Counted from the stretch's first letter, positions 28,444-38,278 are shown. The stretch is DNA of 64,000 bases from Armatimonadota bacterium (GCA_016235455.1 JACRKZ010000129.1:1-64000); one strand, 5' to 3'. Notes: a model not told the origin generated them from the sequence alone. Translations and numbers: made by a program.

Positions 28444-30870
28444 CTATTCCCTTGCCTTGGTGGCCTGCGCCAGGTCGATGGTGCGCAGCTTCTCGACGCC
28501 GGCGCGTAGTGACCAGGACACGAGCGTGAGCACCACGAGCGCCGCGAAGCCGTAGGTCCACAGCGGCAGATGGCTGCGGAACGTGAACATGTCGGTCTCG
28601 AAGCTGCCGAGGAACCCACGGTTGAGCCAGGTGCCAAACGGGAAGCCCACGGCCAGGCCGAGGCCGGCCATGAGGTAGATCTCCAGCGCCGCCACGCCAG
28701 TGGTGGCTTGAGCCGAGAAGCCCAGACTGCGTAGCGTGGCCAGCTCCCTCATGCGTTCCAGAATGCCCACCGACGACACGCTGTGCAGCACGGCGCCGGC
28801 CAGAATGGCGCCGAAACCCAGCATGATGCCGATGAAGATGCGCGTGATGCGCATCGAGCTGTAAATCTGCGTGCGCAGGTCGCCCATGGAGATGACGTTG
28901 ACCACGGCATCGTCGCGCTCCAGTCGGCGCTTGAGCACGCGACCCACCTCCGGCGGACAGGCGATGGTCGCGCCGTAGGCCGCCATGGGATAGGCGCGGT
29001 CCACGAGCCGCCGACGCAGGTCATGGTACTCGCCCATGGCGAACCCGCCGAAGGTGACGTCCATCACACCGCCCAGCACCATGTGCGTGCGGATCGGCTT
29101 CTGGCGGCCCGAGAAGGCCCATTCGACGGTGATCGGGTCGCCCGGCTTCACGCCCAGCCGCTTGGCCACGTACTGCGCGATCCACAGCTCGCCCGGCTTG
29201 AACTGAATGGGCTTGCCCTCGGTGGTGGGCAGCCACATGGTGCGTTGGCCGGCCTCGACGCCGTTGGCCGTCATGTTGGCCTGCTTGTCGCCGGCGATGA
29301 CCCGCACCGGCGCCATGGCCGAGTGCGTGATGGCGGTCACGCCTTCGATGCTGCCCAGCGCGTCGATGAGACTGTCCGCTTGGGGCGACGACAGCGTGAC
29401 ATCCAACTCGTAGTGGACCATCTTGTCGAGGAACTCGCCGATGGAGTCCATGATCGACACATACAGGCCGAGTGTCATCAGCAGGATGGCGCAGCCAGAG
29501 GCCAGCCCGCCCACGGCCAGCGCGGTGCGGCTGGGCTTGCGAATGAGCCCACGAGCCGGAATGCGCAGCAACGTCGGGAGGTAGCGGGTCAGCGCGACGA
29601 GCCAGTTGTCGGGCCGGTTGCCCGCGGCGTCGGCACGGTCGGTGGCGGCATCGCCGCGCATGGCGATCGCGGGCGGCGTGTTGGCCGCGCGCCGGGCCGG
29701 CAGGTAGGCCGCCACGACGCCCACGGCAATGGCCATGAACACCGCGGTGGCCTGCACCTGGGGATAGGGCTGGGTCAGGCAGACGGGGATCTGGATGACC
29801 CCGACGTACATCTTGACCATCCACTTGCTGCCCGCATGGCCCAGGACCATGCCCGGCAGCGCGCCGCAGGCGGTGACCAGCGCGCCCTGCAACACGTAGT
29901 GCCACAGCACCTCGCGCCGCGACAAGCCGCTGGCGCGCAGGAAGCCAATCACCCCGGTCTGCAGCCGGATGATGCGGTTGAGCGAGCTGTACAGGCTGAG
30001 CGCCGCGGCGAACATGAACAACGAGGGGAAGATCAGCGAGAGCGCCTGCCAGCCTTGCAGGTCGTTCTTCAGCAGGCGGGCGCTGGGCTGATCCTCATGC
30101 GTCCACCAGCTCCGCAGGCCATAGCGGTCGCCCAGCGCACGCATCGTCCTGACCACCTCGTCCTCTCGGCCCGGGGTGGTCAGCGCATGGACCTCGGTAA
30201 CGATCTGGCCGATGCCCAGCCACTGGCGCAGCGCGTCGTCATCGACCCAGCACACGCCGAATGTCTCGGGCATGCCCATGGGCGACTCTTTGTCCGGCGC
30301 GGGATAGAGGTACTCCGGGCTGGCCACGGTGCCGCTGATGACGAAGTCGTGGCGCTGGCCGACGTAGCTGGCGGTGACCAGGTCGCCAGGGTTGAGCCGG
30401 TTGGCCTCGGCGAACTTCTGCTCCACCAGGCATTCGCCGCGCCCGCTGATCTCGCGGCCGCGGACCACCGTGTAGTCGTTGATGGGCGAGCGCTGGCCGG
30501 GCACGATGCCGATGAAGCGGCCCTGCACGCGCCGGCGGATGCGGTCGCGCAGAATGAGCGTACCGTCCTTGACGCGGCGGCCCATGACCTCGGTCACGCC
30601 GGGCACCAGCCGCACGCTGTCGACCAGGCTGGGTGGCGCGCTCTCCACCAGCACCGTGGCGCTGCCGAAGTGCGAACGCCGGTAGAACTCCTGCACGCTG
30701 GCGTTGAGGTTGGCCCGGGCCTCGGCGAAGATGACGTACAGACTGACGCCCACGGCCATGAGCACCATGAGCGAGATGCTGGCGGCGCCCAGCGAACCGG
30801 TGTCGCGCAGCACCTTCTTGCCCAACAGGCGCCCCAGGGAGACCTTCTTGTCGCGCGAGCGCGCCATCAT
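28444..30870 (-). CDS. ABC transporter permease with two FtsX/MacB units
   Basis: Two FtsX units (IGFLRASGLS; ERMRELATLRSLGFS) with large periplasmic domains; SPEYLY motif. Confidence 0.92.
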   Translation of the reverse strand: MMARSRDKKVSLGRLLGKKVLRDTGSLGAASISLMVLMAVGVSLYVIFAEARANLNASVQEFYRRSHFGSATVLVESAPPSLVDSVRLVPGVTEVMGRRVKDGTLILRDRIRRRVQGRFIGIVPGQRSPINDYTVVRGREISGRGECLVEQKFAEANRLNPGDLVTASYVGQRHDFVISGTVASPEYLYPAPDKESPMGMPETFGVCWVDDDALRQWLGIGQIVTEVHALTTPGREDEVVRTMRALGDRYGLRSWWTHEDQPSARLLKNDLQGWQALSLIFPSLFMFAAALSLYSSLNRIIRLQTGVIGFLRASGLSRREVLWHYVLQGALVTACGALPGMVLGHAGSKWMVKMYVGVIQIPVCLTQPYPQVQATAVFMAIAVGVVAAYLPARRAANTPPAIAMRGDAATDRADAAGNRPDNWLVALTRYLPTLLRIPARGLIRKPSRTALAVGGLASGCAILLMTLGLYVSIMDSIGEFLDKMVHYELDVTLSSPQADSLIDALGSIEGVTAITHSAMAPVRVIAGDKQANMTANGVEAGQRTMWLPTTEGKPIQFKPGELWIAQYVAKRLGVKPGDPITVEWAFSGRQKPIRTHMVLGGVMDVTFGGFAMGEYHDLRRRLVDRAYPMAAYGATIACPPEVGRVLKRRLERDDAVVNVISMGDLRTQIYSSMRITRIFIGIMLGFGAILAGAVLHSVSSVGILERMRELATLRSLGFSAQATTGVAALEIYLMAGLGLAVGFPFGTWLNRGFLGSFETDMFTFRSHLPLWTYGFAALVVLTLVSWSLRAGVEKLRTIDLAQATKARE

Positions 30871-31601
30871 GAAGCTCCCAACCGCTCCGGCGGCACGGGG
30901 TCGGTCTGCTCAGCCACACTGACCACATGGCCCGAGCGCAGGCGGATGACCAGGTCGCCCGAGGCGGCGTAGTCCTCGTTGTGCGTGACCATCAGCACCG
31001 TGATGCCCAAGCTACGAGTCTGCTCCCACAGCAGTTGCAGCACGCCGTGACCGGTCTCGTCGTCGAGCGCGCCGGTGGGCTCGTCGGCCAGCAGCAGAGC
31101 CGGACGCTTGACCAGTGCGCGCGCGATGGCCACTCGCTGCTGCTCGCCGCCCGAGAGCTGGCTCGGGTAGTTGCCCTTGCGCTCCGCCAGGCCCACGGCG
31201 TCCAGCAGCGCGGCCGCCTCCTGCCCGTTGCCCACCAGTTCGCCAATGAGCTGTACATTCTCCAACGCGGTCAGCGTCGGCACGAGATTGAAGAGCTGGA
31301 AGACGAAGCCGATGGTGTCGCGGCGGTAAGCGGTGAGCGCCTCGTCGTTCAGGTTGCCCAGCCGCTGGCCCATGACCGTCAGCTCGCCACTGGATGGCTG
31401 GTCGAGCCCGCCGATGAGGTTGAGCAACGTGGTCTTGCCCGAGCCGCTGGGCCCCAGCAGAACCACGAACCGGCCCTGAGGAATGGTCACGACGACATCG
31501 CGCAGCGCCTGCACCACCACGGCGCCCAGGTGGTACTCCTTGGTCAGGTCACGCGCGACGACCGCCGGCAGCGACTCGTTGGCCAGACCGGCGGCACTCA
31601 T
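30867..31601 (-). CDS. ABC transporter ATP-binding protein (LolD/MacB family)
   Basis: [36 protein letters not shown]; ATGA overlaps on both sides. Confidence 0.95.
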   Translation of the reverse strand: MSAAGLANESLPAVVARDLTKEYHLGAVVVQALRDVVVTIPQGRFVVLLGPSGSGKTTLLNLIGGLDQPSSGELTVMGQRLGNLNDEALTAYRRDTIGFVFQLFNLVPTLTALENVQLIGELVGNGQEAAALLDAVGLAERKGNYPSQLSGGEQQRVAIARALVKRPALLLADEPTGALDDETGHGVLQLLWEQTRSLGITVLMVTHNEDYAASGDLVIRLRSGHVVSVAEQTDPVPPERLGAS

Positions 31602-32560
31602 AGCTGGCCCTCGCCCGGCCACACCGTCCGCCGCACGTACTGGCCGTCCTTCAGTTCAGCCTTGGCGCCCATCATGCCCGCGCCGGCGCCAGACTCGACG
31701 ACCACCTCATTGCCCTCGGCCAGACCGGTAAGTACGCTGATATGGCGCAGGTTGGTCGGCCCGGTGCGCACCTCGACGCGCCGCAGATGGCCGGCGTTGA
31801 GCTGCCACACATAGGTCTTGCCGCGGGTCTTGCTGATCGCGCCGGCCGGCACCAGCAGCGCCTTGTCGACCATGGGGATCTCGCCGTCGACATCCACCGC
31901 CGAGCCCACGGGCAGGTCGAACCCGCTGCTCAGGATGCGCAGCCGCACGCGCACCTGACGCGACGAGCCGGGCACATCCTCGCGCTGCACGGCCTCGCGC
32001 CCGATGGCCTCAACCTGCAAATCCCACGGCCGTGCCAGGTACCCGCCGGCTCGCGCCACCAACCGGTGGCCCAGCCGCAGCCAGCCCGCATCCTCGCTGT
32101 CCAGGTAGGCCACGATGCCCACGCTGTCGGCGCTGACCACGCGCAGCACCGGCAGGCCGGGCTGCACCGCCGAGCCCTCGTGGCGATAGATCTGCACGAC
32201 GCTGCCGGCGGTGGGCGCCTCGATGACCTCGGCGTCGGCGCCCGACTCCACGCCCAACGCCGAACTGCCCGACGTCCGCCTCATCCGCGCGAGTACCTGA
32301 TGGGCCTCGACGCGCTGGCCTTCGACCACGTACAGATGCGACACCGTGCCGGTTTCGCCGAAAGCCAGATCGGCGGCGTCGCCATCCACCTTGCCGCTAG
32401 CAGCGATGGTCAGCTTCAGCGCGTCCGTGCGGGCGGTGGCCACCTGCACCACGGGGATCTTGGCGATCCGGCCGTTGATGAACATGTAGAGCACAACCAC
32501 CACGCCGATGGTTGCCCAGCGTTTGCGCCGATTGCCCCAGAATGCGCGTAGCCTACCCAT
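31598..32560 (-). CDS. Efflux periplasmic adaptor (MFP/MacA-like)
   Basis: Real start MGRLRAFW at 32560; one TM; ASGKV, V.EGQRV, IEAPTAGSV, LLVPAGAI, VEVRTG, GLAEGNEVV. Confidence 0.85.
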   Translation of the reverse strand: MGRLRAFWGNRRKRWATIGVVVVLYMFINGRIAKIPVVQVATARTDALKLTIAASGKVDGDAADLAFGETGTVSHLYVVEGQRVEAHQVLARMRRTSGSSALGVESGADAEVIEAPTAGSVVQIYRHEGSAVQPGLPVLRVVSADSVGIVAYLDSEDAGWLRLGHRLVARAGGYLARPWDLQVEAIGREAVQREDVPGSSRQVRVRLRILSSGFDLPVGSAVDVDGEIPMVDKALLVPAGAISKTRGKTYVWQLNAGHLRRVEVRTGPTNLRHISVLTGLAEGNEVVVESGAGAGMMGAKAELKDGQYVRRTVWPGEGQL

Positions 32561-32647
32561 GGATGGAACCTCTTGCCCGCGTGCTATCGTCCAGCTAGTA
32601 TGCCGGCTAGAGAGTTCAACGCCAAGCGCGGAATAGAGGGTTCCCAC

Positions 32648-33973
32648 ATGCGAGCACGTCGACTTCTGGTGGATTTCCTGTTGTTCGCTGGCCTGGCCGG
32701 CGCGTGCGGCGCGCAGACTCCGGCCTTGACCCAGGCCAGCGTCGACGCGGCGGTCGCCGCCTCGGTGGCCGCGCTGAGCAAGGGCGGACCCAAGGATCCT
32801 GCGCCGCCCATGGCCGTCATGTGGCTGCAATGGGTGGCGCGCGGCTCGCAAGACGCCAAGCTGGCCGCGCTGTGCGCCGACCTGGTCAAGCGCGCCGACG
32901 CCACGCTCGACCGGTCGCCCGCGGCGCAAGGGCTGCGCGTGGTGCTGCTGCTCAACCAGGGGCAGGCGGGCGATGAGGCCGCCAAGAAGCGCGCCGGCGA
33001 ACTGGCCCGCACGCTGGCCGATCGCAAGCCCGAGCCTGGCGCGGCCAACCTCGGCAGTGAGTCGATCATCATCATGGCGCTGTGCGGCGCGGGCGCCCTG
33101 CTCGACAGCCCGGACTGGATCGCGACGGCCGAAGCCTCGGCCCGGCAGATCCTCGCCCAGAATGATCCCGCCACGGGCAAGCCGTACTACCTGGCCACCC
33201 GGGGCGTGCGCCAGGAAGCTTACGGTCTGGCCACCATGGCCGTGGCCACGCTGCGCGCCCTGGGCCGCCCGCTGGACGACCTGCTGGCCGGCATGCGAAC
33301 AACCATGAAGGCCGCCTACGGCGCCGCGGACGGCAGCTACCTGGCCGAGCCCGGCGGCAATCCCAGCGTGCGCGACGGGCGCGCCCTTTCGGGCAACGCC
33401 TCGGCGGCCGTGGCGCTGCTCAACCTGGCCGAAACCAAGGTCGATCCGGCGGCGCTGGCCGAAGCCAAGGCGCTGCTGGTCGCGACGCTGCCGCTGGCCA
33501 AACCCGCACCCGAATACGCCGGACTGTGGCTGGCCGCCGGTCGCTACCTCAAGCTGGCGCCGCCGCCCGCGCCGGCCAATGCCAGCCGTGAGGTGAGCCT
33601 GTCGGCGGCGCTGGCCGAGCCGGTCAAGCCGGGCGAGGACGCGGTCATCAATGTCACGCTGACCATGAACGACCCGTGGCACATCTATGCCAACAAGCCC
33701 GGCAGCGAAGCCGTCATCCCCACGGAAGTCGTGCCCACCCTACCGGCGGGCTGTGCCGTCAAGAGCATCGTCTACCCCGACGGCAAGCTCGTCACCGCCG
33801 CGGGCGAGCAGGTCATGGTCTATGCCGAGACGGTCACCATCAAGCTGACCATCAGCACACCGGCCAACCTGCCCGCCGGCGCCAAGGCAGCGCTGTCGGT
33901 GCGGCTGCAGGCCTGCGACGACAACAGCTGCCTGCGGCCGACGAAGATGAGCATGGACGTGCCGCTGCGCTAA
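32648..33973 (+). CDS. Secreted protein with YyaL-like helical region and C-terminal DsbD N-terminal-like domain
   Basis: Signal peptide; DGRALSGNASAA; WHIYAN..P, YPDG, VY, LQACDDNSCLRP. Confidence 0.7.
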   Translation: MRARRLLVDFLLFAGLAGACGAQTPALTQASVDAAVAASVAALSKGGPKDPAPPMAVMWLQWVARGSQDAKLAALCADLVKRADATLDRSPAAQGLRVVLLLNQGQAGDEAAKKRAGELARTLADRKPEPGAANLGSESIIIMALCGAGALLDSPDWIATAEASARQILAQNDPATGKPYYLATRGVRQEAYGLATMAVATLRALGRPLDDLLAGMRTTMKAAYGAADGSYLAEPGGNPSVRDGRALSGNASAAVALLNLAETKVDPAALAEAKALLVATLPLAKPAPEYAGLWLAAGRYLKLAPPPAPANASREVSLSAALAEPVKPGEDAVINVTLTMNDPWHIYANKPGSEAVIPTEVVPTLPAGCAVKSIVYPDGKLVTAAGEQVMVYAETVTIKLTISTPANLPAGAKAALSVRLQACDDNSCLRPTKMSMDVPLR

Positions 33974-34117
33974 CGTCGTCGGTCGCGACCGTTACGGCTT
34001 CGACTGGCCTTGGCGCGCTCCCCCACGCCCGACGCCTCACGCCCGGCGTGCGCCAGCACGCCACGCCCCCGCCCCGCACCTTGCCGCTAACGTTTGTCGT
34101 GTGCGACAATGCGCGGA

Positions 34118-34227
34118 CCCGAGGAGGTTGCCATGATGAAGCGGTTCGCGGTCGGCCTGGCGGTGCTGGGCCCCCGAGGAGGTTGCCATGATGAAGCGGT
34201 TCGCGGTCGGCCTGGCGGTGCTGGGCC
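34118..34227 (+). repeat. Exact 55-bp tandem duplication covering RBS, start codon and signal-peptide codons
   Basis: CCCGAGGAGGTTGCCATGATGAAGCGGTTCGCGGTCGGCCTGGCGGTGCTGGGCC at 34118-34172 and 34173-34227. Confidence 0.97.
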
Positions 34228-35276
34228 TGCTGGCGGGTGGTGTGCTGGGCCAGAGCCTGTCGGTGGGTGATCCCGCGCCGAAGCTGGCGGTGGGCGAGTT
34301 CGTCAAGGGCGAGCCGGTCACGGAACTGAAGGCAGGGACGGTCTACGTGGTGGAGTTCTGGGCCACCTGGTGCGGGCCATGCAAAGCCAGCATCCCGCAC
34401 CTCACCGAACTGGCCAAGCAGTACAAGGACGTCAAGTTCATCGGCGCCAATGTCTGGGAGCGCGACCAGTCACTGATCAAGCCGTTCGTGGCCGAGATGG
34501 GCGACAAGATGGGCTACGCCGTGGCTTGTGACACATTCGAAGGCGACGAGAAGACGGGCCAGATGGCCAAGACGTGGATGATGGCCGCCGGCCGCAACGG
34601 CATCCCCTGTGCCTTCATCATCAACGACGAGCGCAAGATCGCCTGGATCGGCCACCCCATGACCATGGACGAAGTGCTGCCCAAGGTCGTTGCCAAGACC
34701 TGGGATGTCGCCAAGGCTGCCGCTGACTTCAAGGCCGAGGCCAAGCGCGTCGCGCGTCAGAACGAAGTGCTGACGAGCCTGCGCAAGCCCGACATGCCCA
34801 CCGCCGACCGCATCAAGCTGCTGCGCGCCTGGTTCGCCGAGGACCCGGGCGCCGAGAAGTCGGCCTGGTCGCTGCTGCTGCGCGAGCTGGCCAAGCAGCC
34901 CGACAAGGCCGAGATGGTGGCCTACCTGAAGAAAAGTCTCGCTGGGCTGGGCGATGACGGCATGGCGCTGTGGAACGCGGTCTGGACTGTGATCCAACAG
35001 CCCGGCGTGTCGCGCGAGGTGCTGGCCGTCGCGCTGCCGGCCGCCCGCCGGGCCGATGCGCTGCTCAAGGGCGAGCACGATGTGGCCGCTGGCATGCTCT
35101 GCCGCACCAACTCGCTGCTGGGCAACCGCGGCGCCGCGGTCGCCGCGGGCCGGCGCGCGGTCAAGCTGGCAGAGGGCAAGCCCTACCAGAAGATGTTCGT
35201 CGACTGGCTGGCCGAAGCCGAGACGCTGTCCGAACCCCGGCCGGCGCGGCCCACGAAGCACGACACACTGGGCTGA
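34188..35276 (+). CDS. TlpA-family thiol-disulfide oxidoreductase with helical C-terminal domain
   Basis: Signal peptide; VGDPAP, VVEFWATWCGPC, GIPCAF, WIGHP. Confidence 0.9.
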   Translation: MMKRFAVGLAVLGLLAGGVLGQSLSVGDPAPKLAVGEFVKGEPVTELKAGTVYVVEFWATWCGPCKASIPHLTELAKQYKDVKFIGANVWERDQSLIKPFVAEMGDKMGYAVACDTFEGDEKTGQMAKTWMMAAGRNGIPCAFIINDERKIAWIGHPMTMDEVLPKVVAKTWDVAKAAADFKAEAKRVARQNEVLTSLRKPDMPTADRIKLLRAWFAEDPGAEKSAWSLLLRELAKQPDKAEMVAYLKKSLAGLGDDGMALWNAVWTVIQQPGVSREVLAVALPAARRADALLKGEHDVAAGMLCRTNSLLGNRGAAVAAGRRAVKLAEGKPYQKMFVDWLAEAETLSEPRPARPTKHDTLG

Positions 35277-35339
35277 TACCCCTCACATCAAGGCAGGGCC
35301 GCCGGGAGGATTGGCTTCGGCCATGGCCAACCGGCGGCC

Positions 35340-37169
35340 ATGCTATCTCTACTCCTTGCGCTCTGCTCGCTGGGCGCCCCCCTTACCTCACCCGCCGGCC
35401 TCGTCGATCGCGCCGCCGGGCCGCTGGTGCTCAGCGGCACCTGCCCCAGCCCAGCCACCGTGTCCGTGGTCGTCACCACCGACCGCGGCCAGCGCGTGCC
35501 GCTCGCGGCCACGGTGACCGATGGTGCCTGGCGCGCGCCGTGGCGCGGCCCGTTGCCCCTCGGCTGGCTCGCGGTGGACGTGACCGCCGGTGACGCGCGC
35601 GCCGAGTCGATGGTGATCATCCACGACAGCCGCCAGGCCAAGCTGCCCGACCTGCCGTCGGCCTTCACCACCGATCTGCTCGATGCCGCGGGCCGAGTCG
35701 ATGCGCAGTCAACAGAATGGCCGGCCATCCGCGCCGCGCTGAACCTCTATATGAACAGCCGCGGCGCCAAGCTCGCCGGCGTGGGCCGGGCCGGGTTCGA
35801 CCTGGCCAATCCCGCCGACCTGGCCTGGTACCGCGACAACATGGCGCTCTACGACATGCGCCATCGCGACCGCGAGTGGGCCACGCCGTTGGGCAATCGG
35901 CCGCGTCGCAGCTACTGGAACTCGGTCTGGCGCACCTGGTTCAATCCCAGCAACGACCATCCGCTCGACGGCAATCCCAAGAACAACGACCACGCCAACT
36001 ACCTGCCGTATGCCTTTGCCAACGACTACGCCGACCTGCTCATCGCGCAGGTCATGCGTCGGCGCGCCGACCGCGTGCTGGACGACAACCTGAGCCCGAT
36101 GCTCGGCGAGGCCACGGAGAACCTGTTGGCCATGCAGCACCGGCAGCCGACCAACTTCAGCCTGCGCGACACCCATGGCGTGCAGCACACCTACACCGCT
36201 GGCGCTTTCCGCTATGGCCTGTTCGAGAATGGCGACTGGCTGACCGAGGGCAAGGGCTGGTTCTACAACCCGGCTTTCAACGACTACTATCACGGCGGCG
36301 TGCTCAACGGGCGCTGCTTGTGGGCCTGCGGCGAAGCGCTGGCCGCCGATCCCGCCGGGCCGCTGGCGGCGCGGCTGCGCGATGCCATCGCGCTCGGCGC
36401 CCGGTTCTGCCTGCGCGATGCGCTGGCTCCCGGATACGCCAAGCGCACCGGCGCGGGCCGCGTCTACTGGCGCGATGCGGGTGAGCACGCCTACCTGGCC
36501 GTCGGTCTGGTGGCCGCCGCGCGCGTGGCGCCGGCCACTCCGCTGGACCTGGATCCCGCCGTCGACCTGCGGACCGCCGCGGGCAACGCGCTGGACGCGC
36601 TGGTCGACCTGTTGGGCACACGCTCGCAGTGGTCGGTCTACCCCAACGTCGACAGCATGGCTATCGTCGCCTTGGCCGACGGCGCGCTGGCCTGGCCGGC
36701 CGACCCACGCGCGGCAGCGTGGCAGCGCGCCGCGATGACCGCCGCCGACGGCTGGTTGGCCGCCAAGGCGCCAGACTACCCCGCGCCGCTGGTGCACTTT
36801 GGCCCGCGCATCAAGCCCGACCAGATGACCTTCAACTGGGGGCACCTCAGCGGCAAGCCCGAAACCGGCATGAACACGGTCTACCTGTACCAAACCGGCC
36901 ACTGGCTGCACGCGCTGGCGCGGCTGCTGCGGCTGACCGGCGAAGCCCGCTACCGCGACCGCTGCCAGGCCATGGTGCGCTATCTGTGTGGCGACAATCC
37001 GATGCGCGCGCGGCTGCTCAATGAGACGGGCGGGGTGTACAACTGGGTCGACGACCGCGACAAGGACGGCGTGGAGGACACGCTCAAGTACGACATGTAC
37101 CCAGAATCCACGGCCTTCTGCCAGATTGGGCTCGGCCACCTGGTCGACGCTTTGGAGCACCGACCATGA
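35340..37169 (+). CDS. Secreted hypothetical protein, possible alpha/alpha-toroid carbohydrate enzyme
   Basis: Signal peptide; aromatic-rich; helical C-terminus LARLLRLTGEARY...YLCGDNP; DRDKDG motif. Confidence 0.55.
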   Translation: MLSLLLALCSLGAPLTSPAGLVDRAAGPLVLSGTCPSPATVSVVVTTDRGQRVPLAATVTDGAWRAPWRGPLPLGWLAVDVTAGDARAESMVIIHDSRQAKLPDLPSAFTTDLLDAAGRVDAQSTEWPAIRAALNLYMNSRGAKLAGVGRAGFDLANPADLAWYRDNMALYDMRHRDREWATPLGNRPRRSYWNSVWRTWFNPSNDHPLDGNPKNNDHANYLPYAFANDYADLLIAQVMRRRADRVLDDNLSPMLGEATENLLAMQHRQPTNFSLRDTHGVQHTYTAGAFRYGLFENGDWLTEGKGWFYNPAFNDYYHGGVLNGRCLWACGEALAADPAGPLAARLRDAIALGARFCLRDALAPGYAKRTGAGRVYWRDAGEHAYLAVGLVAAARVAPATPLDLDPAVDLRTAAGNALDALVDLLGTRSQWSVYPNVDSMAIVALADGALAWPADPRAAAWQRAAMTAADGWLAAKAPDYPAPLVHFGPRIKPDQMTFNWGHLSGKPETGMNTVYLYQTGHWLHALARLLRLTGEARYRDRCQAMVRYLCGDNPMRARLLNETGGVYNWVDDRDKDGVEDTLKYDMYPESTAFCQIGLGHLVDALEHRP

Positions 37170-38278
37170 GCAACGGCATCGACCTCGCCGGCGTTGAGGA
37201 ACGCTCGCTGGCCAGCCTCGGCGACACCACGCGGTTGAAGCTGGCCCTGGCGCGGGCCCGCCGCGGCGACCGCGTGACCATCGGCGTCATTGGCGGCTCG
37301 ATCACCGAGGGCGCCTGCGCCACGACGCCCGACCGTCGTTGGGGCGACCAGGTGGCCGCCTGGTGGCGCGCCACCTTCCCCGACACGCAGGTGCGCTACC
37401 ACAACGCCGGCATCGGCGCCACGGGCTCGCTCATCGCCGCCCACCGCGTGGGTGCGCTGCTGGCGCTCAAACCCGACCTGGTCGTCGTCGAGTTCGGCGT
37501 GAACGACCCCAACGAGGAAGCGTCGGCCGAGAGCCTGGAGGGCCTGGTACGACAGATCCTGGTCTCACCGCACGCGCCGGCCGTCATGGTGCTGTACACC
37601 ATGAACGCGCTCGGCGGCAACGCTCAGGAGCAGCACAGCCGCGTGGCGCTACGCTACGGGCTGCCGCAGATCAGCTTCCGCGATGCGCTGTGGCCCGAGA
37701 TCCAGGCCGGGCGAGCGGCTTGGAGCGATGTCGAGGCCGACGAGGTCCACCCCAATGACCAGGGCCACGCCTACTGCGCCCGCTTTGTGAACCGCGCTGT
37801 CGCCCAGGTGCTCGACGCGCTGCCGGCGGACAGCGAGTTGCCGCCCAAGCCGCGCGGGCTGCCCGCGCCGTTGATCAGCGGCGTCTACCAGAGCGCGGCG
37901 CTGCTCAATCGCGAACGCCTGACACCGCTGGCGTGTCAGGGATTCCGCGAAGACATCGCCGCCTTCGGGCCGTGCTGGGTGGCGGATGAGCCTGGCGCGA
38001 CCATCACTTTCGGCGTCGATGGCACGTCGCTGAGCGCCCTGTTCTGGCGCATTCGCGGCGACACGGGCATCGCCACCGCCCAGGTGGACGACCAGCCGCC
38101 TGTCGACCTCGTGGCCTGGTTCGAGGCGACCTGGGGCGGCCATCCGGCCTACGAGCGGATCGCGCACAACCTGCCCGCCGGGCCGCATCGGCTGACCATC
38201 ACGCTGACCGACCGGCTGCCCGGCGACAGCGCGGGCCATCGGTTCCAGCTCCAGGCGGTATTGGCGGCGGGCCGTTAG
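37166..38278 (+). CDS. SGNH/GDSL hydrolase
   Basis: IGGSITEG, NAGIGATGS, EFGVND, DEVHPND; ATGA overlap with upstream gene. Confidence 0.9.
   Translation: MSNGIDLAGVEERSLASLGDTTRLKLALARARRGDRVTIGVIGGSITEGACATTPDRRWGDQVAAWWRATFPDTQVRYHNAGIGATGSLIAAHRVGALLALKPDLVVVEFGVNDPNEEASAESLEGLVRQILVSPHAPAVMVLYTMNALGGNAQEQHSRVALRYGLPQISFRDALWPEIQAGRAAWSDVEADEVHPNDQGHAYCARFVNRAVAQVLDALPADSELPPKPRGLPAPLISGVYQSAALLNRERLTPLACQGFREDIAAFGPCWVADEPGATITFGVDGTSLSALFWRIRGDTGIATAQVDDQPPVDLVAWFEATWGGHPAYERIAHNLPAGPHRLTITLTDRLPGDSAGHRFQLQAVLAAGR

Noticed and set aside
31598-33682. 694-aa ORF suggesting a fused adaptor protein
   Set aside because: The first ~370 aa are antisense to the 32648..33973 gene; the adaptor begins at ATG 32560.
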